In this document: positions 30,776-32,000 of the stretch, one piece after another
Position numbering within the stretch: position 1 is the first letter of the stretch
How the letters are laid out: each line of letters opens with the position of its first letter
Assembly (NCBI GenBank): GCA_025839675.1
Contig: CP104013.1
Location: 4,560,001-4,592,000, forward strand
Reading direction: 5' to 3'
From: Candidatus Lokiarchaeum ossiferum
Lineage (GTDB): Archaea > Asgardarchaeota > Lokiarchaeia > Sigyniarchaeales > Promethearchaeaceae
Length of the DNA stretch: 32,000 bases
Program-made: the position numbers and the translations under genes
The notes under the pieces: model-generated
What the model was told of the DNA's origin: nothing
What the model saw: the letters and a program-made list of their open reading frames with translations, nothing else
The model's database searches: none

Positions 30776-32000
30776 GGTCTAAATAATCGGCATTTGCATA
30801 CTTGAAAATATTTTGTGCAATAGCTGGGCCGATATTTGGGACTTTTTGAATTTTTTTTTCGTTGGCATTCAATAACTCACGCAACGTTCTAAATTCAATC
30901 AATAAATCTTTAGCTCTCGAAGCATTTATTCCTGGAATTCCAGAAATTATGAATTCTAATTGTTCGGGTATTTTTTCGGGAAATTTTTTGAATCTAATAG
31001 AAAAATGTTTTGAAGGTTTGTCTGATTGTTCTTTTTTAGCTAAAGCTATTAAAATCTCAGCTGTTTCTTCAGGGGAGGTTGTTTGATATAAAAATATCCT
31101 CATTTTTAACAAAATACTGGTTAAAGTTCCTAATACGGCTGCTCGATTAATTGATGTTATCGAATTTATTCCTCCCTCAATTATTAAAATTGGAATCGTG
31201 AATTGAGTCTTTAGCCGTTGAAGTTCGTTAAAAAGTCGACCATCTTTTATTGAACTAATAAAATCCGGAATTGATTTTCGCTCTATTCCACACTGCTCCG
31301 ATATTATATAATCTCCCGTTGGTAATTTTTGGATTGATACATTTGCATTTCTTTCAGCTAACTCACGTGTTACTGAAGATGCCGTTTCTCGAGAATCAAC
31401 TAAGATATAAGGTTTTGATTTGTCTAGGGGTATAGAAATCTTTCCTAAATTATCTGATTGGAGTAGATCTGGTGCAGAATTTGGTTCTTTTGGATCATTT
31501 TGCAGTTTAGAGTCTTTTTCTTGGGGGGATTTTATTTCCTTATTTGGGTTATTTGGTGTTTTTTTTAAAAATGCAGTTAAGCTCTTTTGCCCCCGATTTT
31601 CTGATGAATTTGCCATTGGTTGTATTTCTCTTCGAATATCATTTAAAACTCTTTTCATTTCCTTCTCACGATGTTTTTCAGCCCAAAAATATCCTTCTTC
31701 CCGAGTTCCCATGGTTTTAAAAATTATGACTTTTCCCGATCGGTTTCGTCCAGTTCTTCCTCGTCTTTGGATTGCACGAATTTCACTAGGTACCACATCA
31801 AAGAAGATTACAACATCACATTCTGATATGTCTAATCCTTCTTCTGCAACTGATGTCGCTACCAATGTATTATATACTCCACTCTTAAACTGTTGTAAAA
31901 TTTCAAGTTGTTGTTTTTGAGACAAGCCTTTTTCTTTTCCTTTTTTCTGTTGTCCCACAAAGCTATGGGGGTGGATTAATGTATTTTTCTCAATTTGCTC
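30744..32000 (-). CDS. hef: Hef helicase/nuclease, C-terminal part (helicase C-lobe, linker, ERCC4 nuclease, HhH2); 5' end outside window
   Basis: Frame is open to nt 32000 (EQIEKNTLIHPHSFVGQ...). Helicase motifs VATSVAEEGLDI and QRRGRTGR are followed by a disordered linker. The ERCC4 region is ILVDSRE...GDYII...GIERKSIPDF...PILIIEG, and HhH2 is GIPGINASRAKDLL...VPNIGPAIAQNIF. Confidence 0.9.
   Translation of the reverse strand, partial: EQIEKNTLIHPHSFVGQQKKGKEKGLSQKQQLEILQQFKSGVYNTLVATSVAEEGLDISECDVVIFFDVVPSEIRAIQRRGRTGRNRSGKVIIFKTMGTREEGYFWAEKHREKEMKRVLNDIRREIQPMANSSENRGQKSLTAFLKKTPNNPNKEIKSPQEKDSKLQNDPKEPNSAPDLLQSDNLGKISIPLDKSKPYILVDSRETASSVTRELAERNANVSIQKLPTGDYIISEQCGIERKSIPDFISSIKDGRLFNELQRLKTQFTIPILIIEGGINSITSINRAAVLGTLTSILLKMRIFLYQTTSPEETAEILIALAKKEQSDKPSKHFSIRFKKFPEKIPEQLEFIISGIPGINASRAKDLLIEFRTLRELLNANEKKIQKVPNIGPAIAQNIFKYANADYLDHGNVNSEKDE

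Noticed and set aside
297-31920. Short ORFs in the track nested in or antisense to longer genes: 297-515, 1714-2013, 1820-2029, 3306-3515, 4900-5178, 6633-6959, 7378-7593, 7614-7802, 8727-8954, 9448-9831, 9546-9728, 9945-10148, 11444-11653, 11802-11996, 11815-12003, 12467-12649, 13670-13855, 14134-14328, 14455-14640, 14715-15108 set, 15818-16219, 18097-18348, 18116-18298, 18471-18710, 18778-18981, 23544-23738, 27219-27449, 29367-29549, 30325-30525, 30862-31086, 31420-31920
   Set aside because: Each lies entirely or mostly inside a longer ORF that has clear family motifs. Their translations are low-complexity (I, L, F, K, N rich), as expected from out-of-frame reading of AT-rich coding DNA. 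None has a motif I recognise.
1-32000. CRISPR arrays, tRNA/rRNA genes, prophage or IS elements
   Set aside because: I saw no regularly spaced direct repeats of 24-40 nt, no G+C-rich structured islands of tRNA size in the intergenic regions, and no integrase, transposase or capsid-like ORFs. This was a by-eye scan only, so small ncRNAs cannot be excluded.

Overview
AT-rich (by eye about one-third G+C) archaeal-looking chromosomal window. I call 27 protein-coding genes and found no rRNA, tRNA, CRISPR array, transposase or integrase. All homology calls are by-eye motif recognition on the supplied translations; no searches were run. Hef (helicase/ERCC4/HhH2), a GH57 branching enzyme, GGTGAT-type Shine-Dalgarno motifs, oligo-T terminators and a true actin-family gene together suggest an Asgard-type (Loki-like) archaeon, but that is inference. 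Layout: 1-15.1 kb is transport and hydrolase housekeeping or accessory content. It holds the tail of a NitT/TauT ABC transporter, two diverged GPH/MelB-type symporter paralogs, three hydrolases, an RHH regulator, a class-III aminotransferase, a GH57 branching enzyme, a polytopic-membrane/EEP fusion and an Hsp20. 15.3-22.2 kb (+ strand) is the first candidate novel system: a tightly packed five-gene operon of a 70-aa protein, an 871-873-aa Rad50/SbcC-like ABC ATPase with a central CxxC zinc hook, a 181-aa unknown, a MoxR-type AAA+ ATPase and an 862-aa protein ending in a VWA/MIDAS domain. No Mre11, NurA, HerA or other recognisable nuclease is present. 22.2-32 kb (all - strand) holds the second candidate: REC-ArsR fusion, ArsR, a disordered/coiled-coil protein, a divergent actin-family ATPase, a helical-repeat protein with a CHAT-like domain apparently lacking the catalytic dyad, and a TrmB-like PLD-fold protein without HTH. 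Upstream of these lie Hef and a PHP phosphoesterase. A cross-cutting observation: three genes (actin-like, HAD, REC) have conserved N-terminal catalytic motifs upstream of any ATG/GTG/TTG. In two of them a Shine-Dalgarno motif sits 4-5 nt before an in-frame ATC or ATT; the REC case is less precisely positioned.
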